A DNA stretch of 64,000 bases, from IMG/VR virus record IMGVR_UViG_3300027771_001853, positions 124,001-188,000 of that record; one strand, written 5' to 3'. The translations under genes were made by a program, and so were the position numbers. This document shows, in pieces, positions 41,023 through 52,400 of this stretch. A model generated the notes under the pieces. That model did not search any database. It saw nothing but the letters and a program-made list of their open reading frames with translations, and was not told the origin of the DNA. Position 1 is the first letter of the stretch. Each line of letters opens with the position of its first letter.

Positions 41023-42141
41023 ATGGCTAATATCGATAGTACAGCAAGAAATAGATTATATACCCAAGCAAAGCATTTATTAGGTGCTCCTATAAGGGGT
41101 ATTGAATTGGAGGAGGAGATGATGGACACTCTACTAGATTTATCTATTTTAGATTATGGGATGTATGTACAGGATTGGTTGATAGAAAATCAATGGGCTG
41201 GGGTAGCTGGTATTAATGTTAGTGAAGTAGATTTAGCTTCGGCATTCCTAACCAGAAGTTTAGATTTTGAAACCTCATTTACTTACGCGTATTCTAAGAT
41301 AGCTGGTTTACAGGCTGGGGGACCGTGGGAATTAAAAAAAGATTTTGTTATGTTATCTCCAGGACAACAAATTTACCAAATACCAAAATGTAGAGAAGTG
41401 AATGAAGTTTTATGGTTTGCTAGGGCCGAACTTGATAGTATGATGATTGACCCGTTTCTTGGTGGGTTTGGTGGAATGGGTGGTATTGGTCAAGGTGGTG
41501 GAATGGGTGGAGCCCAGATGGGTGTTATGGGGTCTTATTATATGATGCCAGCTTTCGATATCCTATTAAGGATGGGTGACCGTAACCTTAAAAATCGTTT
41601 AATCGGTGGTGACTTAACTTATAGAATAACAGCAGGACCTGAAGGTACTAAATTTTTACATCTATATTCCACTCCAGGTGGTAGATTTGATTTCGGTAAT
41701 ATGGAAAGAAACCAATCTAAGGTTTGGTATTGGTATTATGAAACTTGTACTGATAGAGATAACTGTTTAAGTGACAATCCTGATGTGGTGAGATTACCTT
41801 CTGATGTACCTATTGATGACATACAATGGAATGAGTTAAATGCTCCAGCTAGAGCATGGGTAAGACGTTACTTCTTTGCGATGTGTAAAGAAACACTTGG
41901 TAGGGTTAGGGGTAAGTACCAGGGTGCTTTAAAGGTACCTGACGCTGATTTAACCATGGATTGGGACACATTACTTACTGAAGCTAAGGATGAGAAATCA
42001 AAATTAATTGAGGAGCTTATGGCAAGATTAGAAAGATTACGTAATGACAAGATGTTGGAACGTAAGGCTTCAGAAGCTGAAAATTTAAATAAATCTCTCG
42101 GGTACAGACCTATGAATCCGGGAAGTATATACGTGATATAA
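41023..42141 (+). CDS. Neck / head-tail adaptor protein (gp13-like)
   Basis: LLGAPIRGIEL...WVRRYFFAMCKETLGRVRGKY...L.MDWDTLLTEAKDEK, typical of gp13-like adaptors. Confidence 0.75.
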   Translation: MANIDSTARNRLYTQAKHLLGAPIRGIELEEEMMDTLLDLSILDYGMYVQDWLIENQWAGVAGINVSEVDLASAFLTRSLDFETSFTYAYSKIAGLQAGGPWELKKDFVMLSPGQQIYQIPKCREVNEVLWFARAELDSMMIDPFLGGFGGMGGIGQGGGMGGAQMGVMGSYYMMPAFDILLRMGDRNLKNRLIGGDLTYRITAGPEGTKFLHLYSTPGGRFDFGNMERNQSKVWYWYYETCTDRDNCLSDNPDVVRLPSDVPIDDIQWNELNAPARAWVRRYFFAMCKETLGRVRGKYQGALKVPDADLTMDWDTLLTEAKDEKSKLIEELMARLERLRNDKMLERKASEAENLNKSLGYRPMNPGSIYVI

Positions 42142-43010
42142 TGGCATTCAGAACAAAAGCAGATTTTTCAAGACAAATATACCAAAGATGTGGTACAACC
42201 GCTATCATGTCAGGGTCCACCTATATGGGTGATAATTTAAGTGTGGGTTATTTTAGTGGTGAAACTTATAATTTTAGTGTAACCGAAACAACAAGTGGAT
42301 TAACTGAGGTAGCTGGTATCCATACAGGTGTAACCACAGTACTCGCTGTTAATATGGCCCCGGTACTAAGTGGTAGGTCTTCAATACAAATAAACCCAAC
42401 ATCGGTAAGGACTGGTACAGCTCAAGACGATATGACACTAGAAAGTAATGGTGATGTTAGAATTACTGTGTCTTCTAGAAGGTTTAAAACTAACATAGAA
42501 CCACACACTTTTTCTAATTTAGATAATTTATTATTATTAGAACCTAAGCTTTTCAATTACAAACAAACAGGTGAGGAGGACTTTGGGTATATTGCGGAAG
42601 AGGTGGAGGACCTAGGTCTTAAAGATTTTGTAAGTTATGAATTAGATGGGGTAACACCTAGAAACGTAAAATACAAATATCTAGCTATAGGACTTATAGA
42701 GTTACTAAAAAAAGATGTTATTAATTTTAACCAAAATAAGGTTACTAAAGTTATTAGTGGGGAACATACTTCTGAAGGTGAAGACTATATTATAACCAAA
42801 GGAAGTGGTGCCACAATATTGTTAGATGATAAGAAAAATGGTAGGATTTACATAAAATCCATGACCACTACCATGGTAAAACCTTTAAGTGGTTTAATCG
42901 ACGAAAAATGGTCGGAGATTGAATTAGGTGAGGAGAGTAGTGTAGAACTGGTTCACCATGAAAATAACTGGTATATTTTATCTTCTGACGGAATTAAGGA
43001 GTCTAATTAG
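42141..43010 (+). CDS. Fibre-like protein with intramolecular chaperone (peptidase S74-like) domain
   Basis: VSSRRFKTNI...LEPKLFNYK...FGYIAEEVE...VKYKYLAIGLIE. Confidence 0.75.
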   Translation: MAFRTKADFSRQIYQRCGTTAIMSGSTYMGDNLSVGYFSGETYNFSVTETTSGLTEVAGIHTGVTTVLAVNMAPVLSGRSSIQINPTSVRTGTAQDDMTLESNGDVRITVSSRRFKTNIEPHTFSNLDNLLLLEPKLFNYKQTGEEDFGYIAEEVEDLGLKDFVSYELDGVTPRNVKYKYLAIGLIELLKKDVINFNQNKVTKVISGEHTSEGEDYIITKGSGATILLDDKKNGRIYIKSMTTTMVKPLSGLIDEKWSEIELGEESSVELVHHENNWYILSSDGIKESN

Positions 43011-45711
43011 TTATTACTTCTAAGAACGAGTCTTCAGACAACCCCATCTTATCCCAAAATATTTTTTCTTCTTTAGAGACACTCATTACCTCTTCGAACG
43101 TATCTTGGTCAAACTCTCTTCTAGGTATACCTTTTATTAATTCACATTGTTTACTAGTAAAAAATTGTCTATCTTCTGGTTTTTTAACTAATAAAGATTC
43201 TCTAACATCAGGGTGAAAAACAACTAATAATGGTTCCACTCTTTTATTAAATACATTAATGTATCTAGCTATGTTATACTCCCCCGTCAATTCAGGATTT
43301 TTATCTAATTCGTCTTTATCTATCAAATAACACCTTAATAAAATTTCTACACTACCATCTTTAGCTTTTTTTCTTTGTACGTCACCATGAGACATAGCTG
43401 TACCATTATTTATATAATAGATTGTTTGTCCTAAATCTACCTGTACATTTTCTCTAATAACTAATTCCATGTGTGCTTGTCTAGACATAGGGTTTCCAGA
43501 CTTAGTAACCTGTAAACACCTTTTTTTATAATCTGGTATTTTTAATTTAATTCTAGCTTTATTGGCTATTTTAATTAATGGTATCTGTTTATTGTATATT
43601 TTTTCAAAATGTTCATAATAATATTCTATAAAATCTTGACCTTTACCAGCTAAAAGTAACCTTAAACCTTTATCTATAAACTCTTCCAAATACCCTTGTA
43701 GTTTTTTAGATTTTATGGAATTACCTGTCAACTTTACACCACCAGTATCCGTTAATAATGCGTAATTTTTTCTCGCTACATTTATAGCTGCTGGCCAAAC
43801 ACCGTCAGTGTCTAACCCCATTTCGTCTTTCATAAATAAATCATTATACTCAGCTACATGTGCCTCGGTACCCAAATATTCTTTATCTTTCACTACAAGT
43901 TCATTTAACCCCTTCCCTACATATTTTAATTCCGATACGTTATCTGGTGCTGAAAAATTCACACCATCCGTATCCAACACTAATGGTTCGTAACCTCTGT
44001 CATCAAAAAATTTAATCATATGTCTTAGGTATTGTCTACCAGTACATGTGATTTTTTCACCCATATCCATATCACCCCAAGGGAAGACCTGTGGTGCTGA
44101 CAATGAACCAAACATAGAGTTAATAAAGATTTTTATTGGTAGTTGTTTAGCTCCAAACGATTTCGATAGTTTTGGGTCACTCTTGTAGTGTTTTGATGCC
44201 AAATTTTTATACATGATACGAGTATCTCTAAAATATTTTAACATCCCTTTCATAGCCCCCGTAACATCACATTCTGGAAAAACATCGTGAACTAATTGTA
44301 TGGAGGGGTATAGAGAACTAAAATCTAATTTAAGTACGTTAACCGCGTAACCAACCTTTAACAATCTAGATAAACCACCAACAAAAGGTCTTTTTTCTTT
44401 TTTCTTAGGGATAGCCAAACCTTTACCGTACGACCAAGTTAACATTAACATTTTCCATAATGTCGCTGTACCCATTGTAGATACCCTTTCATATGTTGTT
44501 GGTACTAGTCCAGCTAATAAAAATGAAGCCTGGTTATATTCGGCATCAACAACTTGGGTTTCCCACAAATCATCCATAAGGTACCTTTCTACGATATATT
44601 CACCATTAACTCTTTTATATTTATCAGGAAATCTCATTTGTAGATTTTCCAATCCTGGTGTGTCAATATCTTTATACACCCCAGTTTCTGGGTTTAAATA
44701 AAATTCTTTATTTTCTCTGTATGTCGAAGCAATCTTATCCCCTTCTAGATAAATCCTGTTAGGTTTACTAGCTCCAATATATTCTGTTATATACTTTAGT
44801 CCCCAACTTTTTATGTCTGAATTAATGGTTTGAGCTCTCCTTACCGAATGTGCTACATCAATACTATTGTACCCCCATATTTTTATTTGGTTATAATCTT
44901 CTACTTCAGCTCCTAATTTTAACATCCCTGATTTAATCGATATAGGGGTATTTGGGTTTAATGTTTTTGCTATTTTTTTTATGTCTAGACCTAGAATCTC
45001 AGCTCTTTCGAATATCCAATTCCAGTCAAAGTTGGATGAGTTGTACCCACCTATTATTGAGGGTTTTAGTTTGTCTATAGTATCAAAAAATTCTATGATT
45101 CCTTTTCTTTCACTTTCATCGTCAATGGCTTCCACAACCTTTTCAAACCCTCTATTATCCTTCATACCGAACATAAAGATTCTACCATCTTTAGGGTCTA
45201 AAGATGTTGTTTCTAAATCAAATATAAACCTATGTACTTCATCATAATCACTAAAGCCTTTAAATAATCTTTTTTGTTTTTGTATAAGGTATTGTTCTAC
45301 TGGTGTTAGTAATGTTATTGAATCTCTATTTTCCTTTGCCCAAGGGTCCACACCACCTTGTTTAAAAAATGAGACTAAATCCCTATATGTCTTTGTGGAT
45401 TTAACTAAAAATGTAAGTCCTTGTTCTAACCTTTCGTTCCCATGGGTATCCAACTTCTCAATAACTATTCCATATTTGGATATGGCCTCTTTTTGTTGTT
45501 GTTTGTTACCCCTATAAAAATTCTTATCTTTTAAGTCACCAACCCAACAAAACGGGATAAAGGTATCTGAAATTATTTTCTTACCGTGTTCAGGGTCTTC
45601 TATTACTTTATAGATTTTATTGGTTCTCCAACCATACTCTACAGCGACAATATACTTTTCAGGGTCTTTACCTTGTAAAAATTCTTCTATTTCTTTTGGT
45701 GTGGGATTCAT
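43003..45711 (-). CDS. DNA polymerase, family B
   Basis: Exo I FDLETT, Exo II YNSSNFDW, Exo III YLMDD, and polymerase motifs LDFSSLYPS, KIFINSMFG, DTDG and KNYA. Confidence 0.95.
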   Translation of the reverse strand: MNPTPKEIEEFLQGKDPEKYIVAVEYGWRTNKIYKVIEDPEHGKKIISDTFIPFCWVGDLKDKNFYRGNKQQQKEAISKYGIVIEKLDTHGNERLEQGLTFLVKSTKTYRDLVSFFKQGGVDPWAKENRDSITLLTPVEQYLIQKQKRLFKGFSDYDEVHRFIFDLETTSLDPKDGRIFMFGMKDNRGFEKVVEAIDDESERKGIIEFFDTIDKLKPSIIGGYNSSNFDWNWIFERAEILGLDIKKIAKTLNPNTPISIKSGMLKLGAEVEDYNQIKIWGYNSIDVAHSVRRAQTINSDIKSWGLKYITEYIGASKPNRIYLEGDKIASTYRENKEFYLNPETGVYKDIDTPGLENLQMRFPDKYKRVNGEYIVERYLMDDLWETQVVDAEYNQASFLLAGLVPTTYERVSTMGTATLWKMLMLTWSYGKGLAIPKKKEKRPFVGGLSRLLKVGYAVNVLKLDFSSLYPSIQLVHDVFPECDVTGAMKGMLKYFRDTRIMYKNLASKHYKSDPKLSKSFGAKQLPIKIFINSMFGSLSAPQVFPWGDMDMGEKITCTGRQYLRHMIKFFDDRGYEPLVLDTDGVNFSAPDNVSELKYVGKGLNELVVKDKEYLGTEAHVAEYNDLFMKDEMGLDTDGVWPAAINVARKNYALLTDTGGVKLTGNSIKSKKLQGYLEEFIDKGLRLLLAGKGQDFIEYYYEHFEKIYNKQIPLIKIANKARIKLKIPDYKKRCLQVTKSGNPMSRQAHMELVIRENVQVDLGQTIYYINNGTAMSHGDVQRKKAKDGSVEILLRCYLIDKDELDKNPELTGEYNIARYINVFNKRVEPLLVVFHPDVRESLLVKKPEDRQFFTSKQCELIKGIPRREFDQDTFEEVMSVSKEEKIFWDKMGLSEDSFLEVITN

Positions 45712-45737
45712 ATTTGGTTATTTCATTATACTCAGTA

Positions 45738-45766
45738 AGTATAACACAATAACTTCAATACGTCAA
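45738..45766 (-). promoter_or_regulatory. Sigma70-like early/middle promoter of the DNA polymerase gene
   Basis: Minus strand TTGACG-N17-TATACT, 26 nt before the ATG. Confidence 0.55.
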
Positions 45767-46153
45767 TTAACAGGAGCAGTTGCTTTCCACAAAACTATCA
45801 TTAATATTAATAAACAAATCGTCCCTTACCGGAACTATTAATTCTGAACAATCTTCTATAAATTTAATAGCGAACTGTCCTTGGTACCTACCTGTAAATT
45901 CTGTGTCACTAGATTGCCATCTATAGTAAATGTAATACTCTGGTGGGTCTGTTTCATGTATAGTAGTTTTAGCGACTATTCCTGCAGCTTTATTTAAAAG
46001 TACATAAGCTCCATTCTCAACATCCCTCATTGAAAAACGAATATCAGCATTCGCTAATTTATCATGAAAGTGTTTAAAGTCACTTCTCCCATCCTGAATC
46101 AATTGCATCTTCAGTATCGGTTCATTACTATTTTTTCTTACAAAAAATTCCAT
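45767..46153 (-). CDS. Small beta-sandwich structural protein (BppU-N-like), tentative
   Basis: FFVRKNSNEPILKMQL...YYRWQSSDTEFTGRYQGQFAIKF...LIVP. Confidence 0.5.
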   Translation of the reverse strand: MEFFVRKNSNEPILKMQLIQDGRSDFKHFHDKLANADIRFSMRDVENGAYVLLNKAAGIVAKTTIHETDPPEYYIYYRWQSSDTEFTGRYQGQFAIKFIEDCSELIVPVRDDLFININDSFVESNCSC

Positions 46154-46154
46154 T

Positions 46155-47687
46155 TTAGAATGAGCTTAAGGCTGTTCTTTTCCAACCAGCCTGTGTTTTA
46201 ACATATATATAATCTTCGGTCCAACTTATACTTCCTATTGGTGACGTAGGATGGTCATTAGTATACGTTACATTCACAGGATAGGTAATACAAAATAAAG
46301 GTGTTGATGGGTATCCATCTGTTGTTATCTTTACCATACCATTAGGTTGAGTAGGGCTCGGACTGTTAACGGTCATTACAATTACCCCAGCATTCATGCT
46401 AAGAGAGCTTGTTGGATTCCAGGGCGAAGTCTTTCCAATCTGTATATTATCTGCTTTAATCGCAAACTGACTAATATTACTTGTTGGTGGAAGTAACGGA
46501 TAACCTCCCCCTATAGAAATATACCCTCCATTTGTACAAGGTAAAATATCTTGTGTTGATAATTGACATGTTTGTGTAGTTGCTGTCATACCAGTTGACG
46601 ATACCCAAGTAGTCATTCCCGTATTACCACTATAATCACAACAACAATTTTGTGTAAATTGATACGAGGTAGCCCCTGAACAATTAGCACCGAATGCTGC
46701 TATTTGGTCTGCGTAAGCGTTATAACTACCACCTTCTCCTGAGAAAGTTGTTGAACCCCAACATCCAAATGTAGCTAATGGATTGTAATTTATTGCGACC
46801 GTATCTGTACAACCTGAAATACCAAATGTAGCTCCTGTTGTTGTTCCTGTTGAAGCACTGTATTGACAACAATTGTTATAAGCCCAACTCCATTGGTTAC
46901 CTGGGCCGTAACTATAACCACCACAATCAGCAAGTGCAAATGGATTATAATTAAGAGCTGTATTATCTGTACAACCAGTTACTTGTACTGTATTTCCAGT
47001 CATAGTATATGGTCCTGGGTCAATTGTCATCTCTCGGATGGCTTGTTCTCCTATAGCAAAACCAACTTTACTTACTACCTCCCAAACTTGTGGTGGGTTC
47101 GCTTGTTGGTCTCTCATACCATCATAAATCCCTGGGAAACAATTAGAACAACTAGTTGTGTGTTCACCTGCTCTAACACTTCCCTCTACTCCTGGATTTT
47201 CTGATGACCAGTGAGTTAATAAACACTTATAATAAGTTCCTACCTTCGCACCATAATTCCATTTGTTGGTTGAGACATCTTCAGCGTAAACAATATCACC
47301 TACAACATATCTGGTAGCTGAAGCCCATGTAACACCTGAATACAACTTCTGACCTTTGAATTGTTTTTCGTATGTCATCCCACTCCACGTTAATGTCATA
47401 CTAATCCCAGAAGTCATTCCAGAATTTGTAGCTCCAGTCATTTTTATATAACCACCTTTAATTTGTGTTACTTTTTTATCAGAATTATCTGTTAAGTCTT
47501 CTATCTTAACACCATCACTATTGTTAGCCATTGTCATGGTTCTAACATTTGTACCATCAGATGTTCTAAAATAGAGTTGGTCTAACCCATTATCGTTACC
47601 ATTACCCACAAACATTGTAAGTTGGCTGGCCTGACTCGGTGTTGTAATTCCGCTAAACGCTTCTTTTGTAAATTTAATTGCTCCCAT
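46155..47687 (-). CDS. Fibre / decoration-like protein with GCTD..A.NYNP.A repeats
   Basis: Two GCTDxxAxNYNPxA repeats, a carbohydrate-binding-like WASATRYVVGDIV...YYKCLLTH segment and C-terminal GSISWTEDYIYVKTQAGWKRTAL. Confidence 0.55.
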   Translation of the reverse strand: MGAIKFTKEAFSGITTPSQASQLTMFVGNGNDNGLDQLYFRTSDGTNVRTMTMANNSDGVKIEDLTDNSDKKVTQIKGGYIKMTGATNSGMTSGISMTLTWSGMTYEKQFKGQKLYSGVTWASATRYVVGDIVYAEDVSTNKWNYGAKVGTYYKCLLTHWSSENPGVEGSVRAGEHTTSCSNCFPGIYDGMRDQQANPPQVWEVVSKVGFAIGEQAIREMTIDPGPYTMTGNTVQVTGCTDNTALNYNPFALADCGGYSYGPGNQWSWAYNNCCQYSASTGTTTGATFGISGCTDTVAINYNPLATFGCWGSTTFSGEGGSYNAYADQIAAFGANCSGATSYQFTQNCCCDYSGNTGMTTWVSSTGMTATTQTCQLSTQDILPCTNGGYISIGGGYPLLPPTSNISQFAIKADNIQIGKTSPWNPTSSLSMNAGVIVMTVNSPSPTQPNGMVKITTDGYPSTPLFCITYPVNVTYTNDHPTSPIGSISWTEDYIYVKTQAGWKRTALSSF

Positions 47688-47726
47688 ATGTCCTTTATAT
47701 ATTAAATATCATTTAATTGTGTCTTT

Positions 47727-48425
47727 TTACCAAGCTATCTGGTCTAAATATGCTCCCGCACCTAATACTAGTACTCCCGCTCCCACATCAAAAGCTCCAA
47801 CTAGACTTGTATTATGTGTTAGTATGTTATTTTTTGGTATTTCCATAATATCCCCTGATTCCAGAGAATACTTATAATTTCCTTGATTTATAGCTACTTT
47901 ACCAATATCGTGTAACTTATCAATAGCAGCTTCTATATTACCTGTTTGGTACCCTGTCGCTGCTGAAACAGTACCATTGACTGTGACTGTGTACCTATTT
48001 GCCCCGGTTAAAGTATCAACAACAAATGTTGATGCTGATAAACTACTTCTAACTTCAAATCTACCCCTACTAGCGTTTAGATGGTAAAAATTATTAGTAT
48101 TCCCTATGTTAAACTCACCACTTCTATCAATCCCAAATTGTAAATTATGTGTAGTACCAGTAAAATCGTTAGACCATACACTAAAGGCTCTATTATTTCC
48201 ACTATCAACAGATGACCTAATAGTCACAGGAATACCAACACCAGTACTACCAGTTGTGATTGGGTAGGTTTGTGTTTGGGACTCACTTAGATTAGCGTAT
48301 ATTGGTTCTAAAAAATACACTTGACCGGTTTCTGTCCCTCCGGATGTAGGCAAATATAAACCATTCAGACTTTTAAAAGCCTGATTCAAATATTTTACAC
48401 TAACTAAAGAAGAAGTACGTATCAT
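47727..48425 (-). CDS. Putative tail fibre / virion structural protein
   Basis: YLPTSGGTETG fibre-type motif; S/T/G-rich beta sequence. Confidence 0.5.
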   Translation of the reverse strand: MIRTSSLVSVKYLNQAFKSLNGLYLPTSGGTETGQVYFLEPIYANLSESQTQTYPITTGSTGVGIPVTIRSSVDSGNNRAFSVWSNDFTGTTHNLQFGIDRSGEFNIGNTNNFYHLNASRGRFEVRSSLSASTFVVDTLTGANRYTVTVNGTVSAATGYQTGNIEAAIDKLHDIGKVAINQGNYKYSLESGDIMEIPKNNILTHNTSLVGAFDVGAGVLVLGAGAYLDQIAW

Positions 48426-48437
48426 TATTATTTATTA

Positions 48438-49187
48438 TTAACTAGATGTTATTGTCTCCCAAGATGCCGAAGTTTTAATCATTAATTTACCGTTACCGGT
48501 ACCACCATCTGTTGCATAAACAACCATCCCCGCTGTTGGGCCTACTATTGAGTTCATTTGAGCCGTAGTCATTCTAGGTACTGACATTCCTTTTGTTGTA
48601 GACGAAACATCCAGTATACTAGTAACTCCAGGTGATGATGTCCCTATACCGACACTGTCGTTAGCGGCATCAACATAAAACGTATCATTACTGTTTATAG
48701 TTCTAATGACAAAATCTATATCTAAATTATCTTTATTAGCTTCTATCGCTGTTGTTGTAAGAGTTAGGTGTGTTTTATTACCAGCAGAAAAATTAATAGA
48801 ATTAGTGGAAAAAGCTATTTTAGTATCAGTATCACCCAAATGTACGATATCATTTTGGACGTATATCCCTTTACCAAATGTAGCGTATTCAGCGAATCTT
48901 GATGTCGCACTAACCGCTAAATTATCACTAGAACTATTACCTATGGTAACATTCCCATTAAAATCAACATTACCAGCAAATGGTAATCCAGCTGAATTTG
49001 TTATATCATCTTCTATTAACCATTGACCTGCACGTTTTAACGTACCATTATCAAGTTTAAGTGTTATATGGTCATTATAGTCTATTCCTGATACTACGTC
49101 AAACCCTACCATTATAGTAGCGTTGCCACTAGGTGGTGTTGTTATACCACTAGGGTCTTCTTTTTTGATTCTAATAATTGCTGGCAT
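48438..49187 (-). CDS. Putative tail fibre protein
   Basis: HLGDTDTKIAF and VGIGTSSP...ILDVSSTTKGMSVPRMTTAQMNSI..PTAGMVVY, a repeat common in Bacteroidota and phage fibres. Confidence 0.6.
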   Translation of the reverse strand: MPAIIRIKKEDPSGITTPPSGNATIMVGFDVVSGIDYNDHITLKLDNGTLKRAGQWLIEDDITNSAGLPFAGNVDFNGNVTIGNSSSDNLAVSATSRFAEYATFGKGIYVQNDIVHLGDTDTKIAFSTNSINFSAGNKTHLTLTTTAIEANKDNLDIDFVIRTINSNDTFYVDAANDSVGIGTSSPGVTSILDVSSTTKGMSVPRMTTAQMNSIVGPTAGMVVYATDGGTGNGKLMIKTSASWETITSS

Positions 49188-49206
49188 TTTTTCTTATTTT
49201 TATTTT

Positions 49207-49497
49207 TTATACAAAGTCTGTTCCGTAAAGTACTAGTTCACCATCTATACCTAAAGTACCACCTTGATTTATATATTCATCCGCATGAAATGTTTGCATG
49301 TTTTCAAAGATGCAATAGGTGTCCCCAACTTTGAGTGGGGATGGGTGAGCTCCTAGACTTAACATTTTTAGTAAGTCTTTAGTTCCCGCTACAGTGTGAC
49401 ATAACTGAGTTAACGTCACGCTAGAATAGAAAGTAGTTGGTAGGGGTATGTCCCCACCTTGGAAAACTTCTATTATATTTTTACAATTACAACTCAT
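49207..49497 (-). CDS. Small hypothetical protein
   Basis: 96-aa ORF translationally coupled to the 1051-aa gene. Confidence 0.6.
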   Translation of the reverse strand: MSCNCKNIIEVFQGGDIPLPTTFYSSVTLTQLCHTVAGTKDLLKMLSLGAHPSPLKVGDTYCIFENMQTFHADEYINQGGTLGIDGELVLYGTDFV

Positions 49498-52400
49498 TAC
49501 TTATATAGGTTACCTATTAATGTAGCACTCGCTTTTTTATTGGTGTCTACTCTATTAATAATTATTTGCACTATATCGTTTGGCCCAACGCAGAACGGTA
49601 AAGTTTCTACTATAACATCAGTAATTACCGAATTGGGGTATCTCTTGATGGTAAATGCACTTACATTGTCCACTAAAATCGATTTAAATTTAATACCTTC
49701 ATGCTTCGTAACGTCTATATAAGTGTCAAATCCATCAAAATCTAAGACTGTTGTTGGTACTGGAAAGTTTAACATTACGTCAACAGAATCACCTTCAGTA
49801 TAGTATACCGCTCTTCCTTGGTTACACGGTGTTTCACCACACTGACAGTCTATAAGACCATATCTATCTTTTTCTACTAAGAAATTATGTTGTATTTCAT
49901 CCACACCTAAAGGTTTTAAATAATACCTAAACTGTGATATTGCCCCCATAAATGTCCCTGCAAAATTTTCTGTTATACAATCTACCTCGGAATCCACAAT
50001 TATATCACAACCATCACAACCATCAAACCTAAAAGATTCTAATAAACCTTGTGAACCACCACCCCAACTAATATTAAATGGTACCCCAACTTGTAATTGA
50101 TTTGCTGTATTAAGTTGTCTTGGTATCACTTCTTCAAAATTTCTATCCACGAAAACTGGTCTACCATTAACATAAATTGTTAATGTACCCATTCTAAATT
50201 TCTTTTCCTGTACCCATTTTTTTGTAAAATTTAAATAGGTAGGTAGTTCTATATCATTATACCCAAATACCGAATCTACTCCAGGTATCGGTTCGTGTAT
50301 TAAATCATTTACACCACCTTTATTTTCTAAATCACAACAATCCCAACAATAGTCTCTTTCAAATACAGCACTAACGTAAAGCCAAGGTGCTTCTGTTTGT
50401 CCGGTAAAATCACATATAATATCATCACTAAAACGATTTACTACAGTACATGCTGTTATGTAGGTAAAAGCTGTACCACAATTAGGGTTACCAGAACCTA
50501 CTTTATATGGGTGACCACATCTATCGTAATGTATTGTTTCGTCGGTAGTTCCCGTAACAACACAACCACCAGAGAAATATAAAGCCCTATATCCCACCCT
50601 ATAACCTGTTTCACAATCACCACTTAACATTAGAGCAAAATTATTACTACAACAATCAACATAGTAAGGGTACGTTGAAGCTGAAACACAATCTTCATGT
50701 ACGTTCCCACAGTTATCAGTATGGGTACTACATCCCGCAGTTTGTAGTGTTATAGAATCACCGGAACAAGACGGTTCACAAGTTTCTATACAATTTTCTC
50801 CAGAATAGGGTATCCTAAATTTATTCTCAGCTCTTGTACCCATATAAAAGAATATCCCTTTATTTTCTGGGAACAAATCATTTAATGTGTACCCATCACA
50901 TATATTATTACACCTAGGCCTAATAATGGTTTCCACCGTCCATCCACACTCCACTCTTGTTGGTAGTACCTCATATGGGTAACCTTGTAATTTGTAGAAT
51001 CCTTGATAGAACCCACCATTTAATTCATTATAATAACCTTCACAACTACCAGTAGCACTAGTTATACTGTAATTAATATTATAACTACTATAACCAGTAA
51101 CTGGTTTTAATTTTAAACGACAGTCATAATCGTACGGACTATGTGTTAATCCACTTGGTAGTATGGACCATATATTCATTACGTCATTAGCTGTCCTTGC
51201 ACTTTGTGTTACCACATGCACTGTAACGTCAGATTCATAATAACTACAAGTTGTAGTTTCTGTAACTGGTGAAGTTGTTGTGGTTGTAAATGGTGGCCAA
51301 GCGGTTGTTGTCGTTGTTGTTTCCCCTATCCATCCTTGGTCACAATGAGTACAAGAACTAAATACACCAGCAATTATGGTAGCTTGGCTACCTCCCCAAC
51401 CGGTTGTCCCACTAATTACCCTATAACAATCCGTAGAACAGTCAGGCCATCCCGACTCTAAACGATAATAGCTGTCAGCGGATAATGTTATGTCTAAACA
51501 AGATGAACCCGTTAGAACGACTGTAATCGTCCCACCTGTACTTACACATGGTTCTACCTTATACAATAATTTACATGTTGTTGTAGTTGTGGTTGTTGGT
51601 ACTAATGTGGTAGAACTTGTTGTTGTGGTGAGGTGGGGGTTGTATGTCGTGGTTGTAGTTGTTGGACACAAATCCGAACACACCCCACTAGATGTAGGGT
51701 CACAGCACCCACTAAAAGGACCATTAATCACCAACCCTTGGATGTTAGAACCTATAGTTTGCCCACAACCACTAATAATTTGTCTACAGTGTTCTATACC
51801 ATTAGAGTTTGGTGGTGATAAGACCTCGTAATAACTCCCACCTAATAGTGTGGATGCTGATAAAATCTGGTCAAATTGTACGACATTACCGTTCGCTGAA
51901 CAATTTCTCATCGTATAACAATATCCTGTTATCGGAGGTGAGGTTGTTGTGGTTGTTGTTACCGCTGACCATGGCATTGTTGTACATCCAGAACTTAAGG
52001 ACATAAACGTACTAGCTGTACCCCCAGTAAAATCGGTAACAGTTAATTTGACCCTTGATGGTCCTTTGTAAGTTTGTGCGTATGTATTATCAAAAAATCC
52101 GTACACGGTATCCCCTGTACCAACAAATTGGTATGATTGACCACTGTAACCACCCCAAGAATCACTAGAAGTGTATGCGGTACCAAATGTAGCTAGATTA
52201 AAAGTAGTTCCAGTATATGGGTAAGCTTGTTGTTCCCATTCGTAAGTATATGGTCCGGTACCACCACTTGTAACCCCAGATAACGTGTGGGTAAACGCGG
52301 AACCATTAGTATACTCACAGGCCTTTAACCAATGCATGGTACGTATTGCGTGGTCAAATTGGGAGTGTGCTGGTTGACCGAACCTAAGTGTATTCCAATT

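Noticed and set aside
6935-45711. Inteins or introns in the RNR, helicase, UvsX or DNA polymerase
   Set aside because: Protein lengths are normal, conserved motifs are contiguous, and no C...HN intein ends or homing endonuclease motifs were seen.
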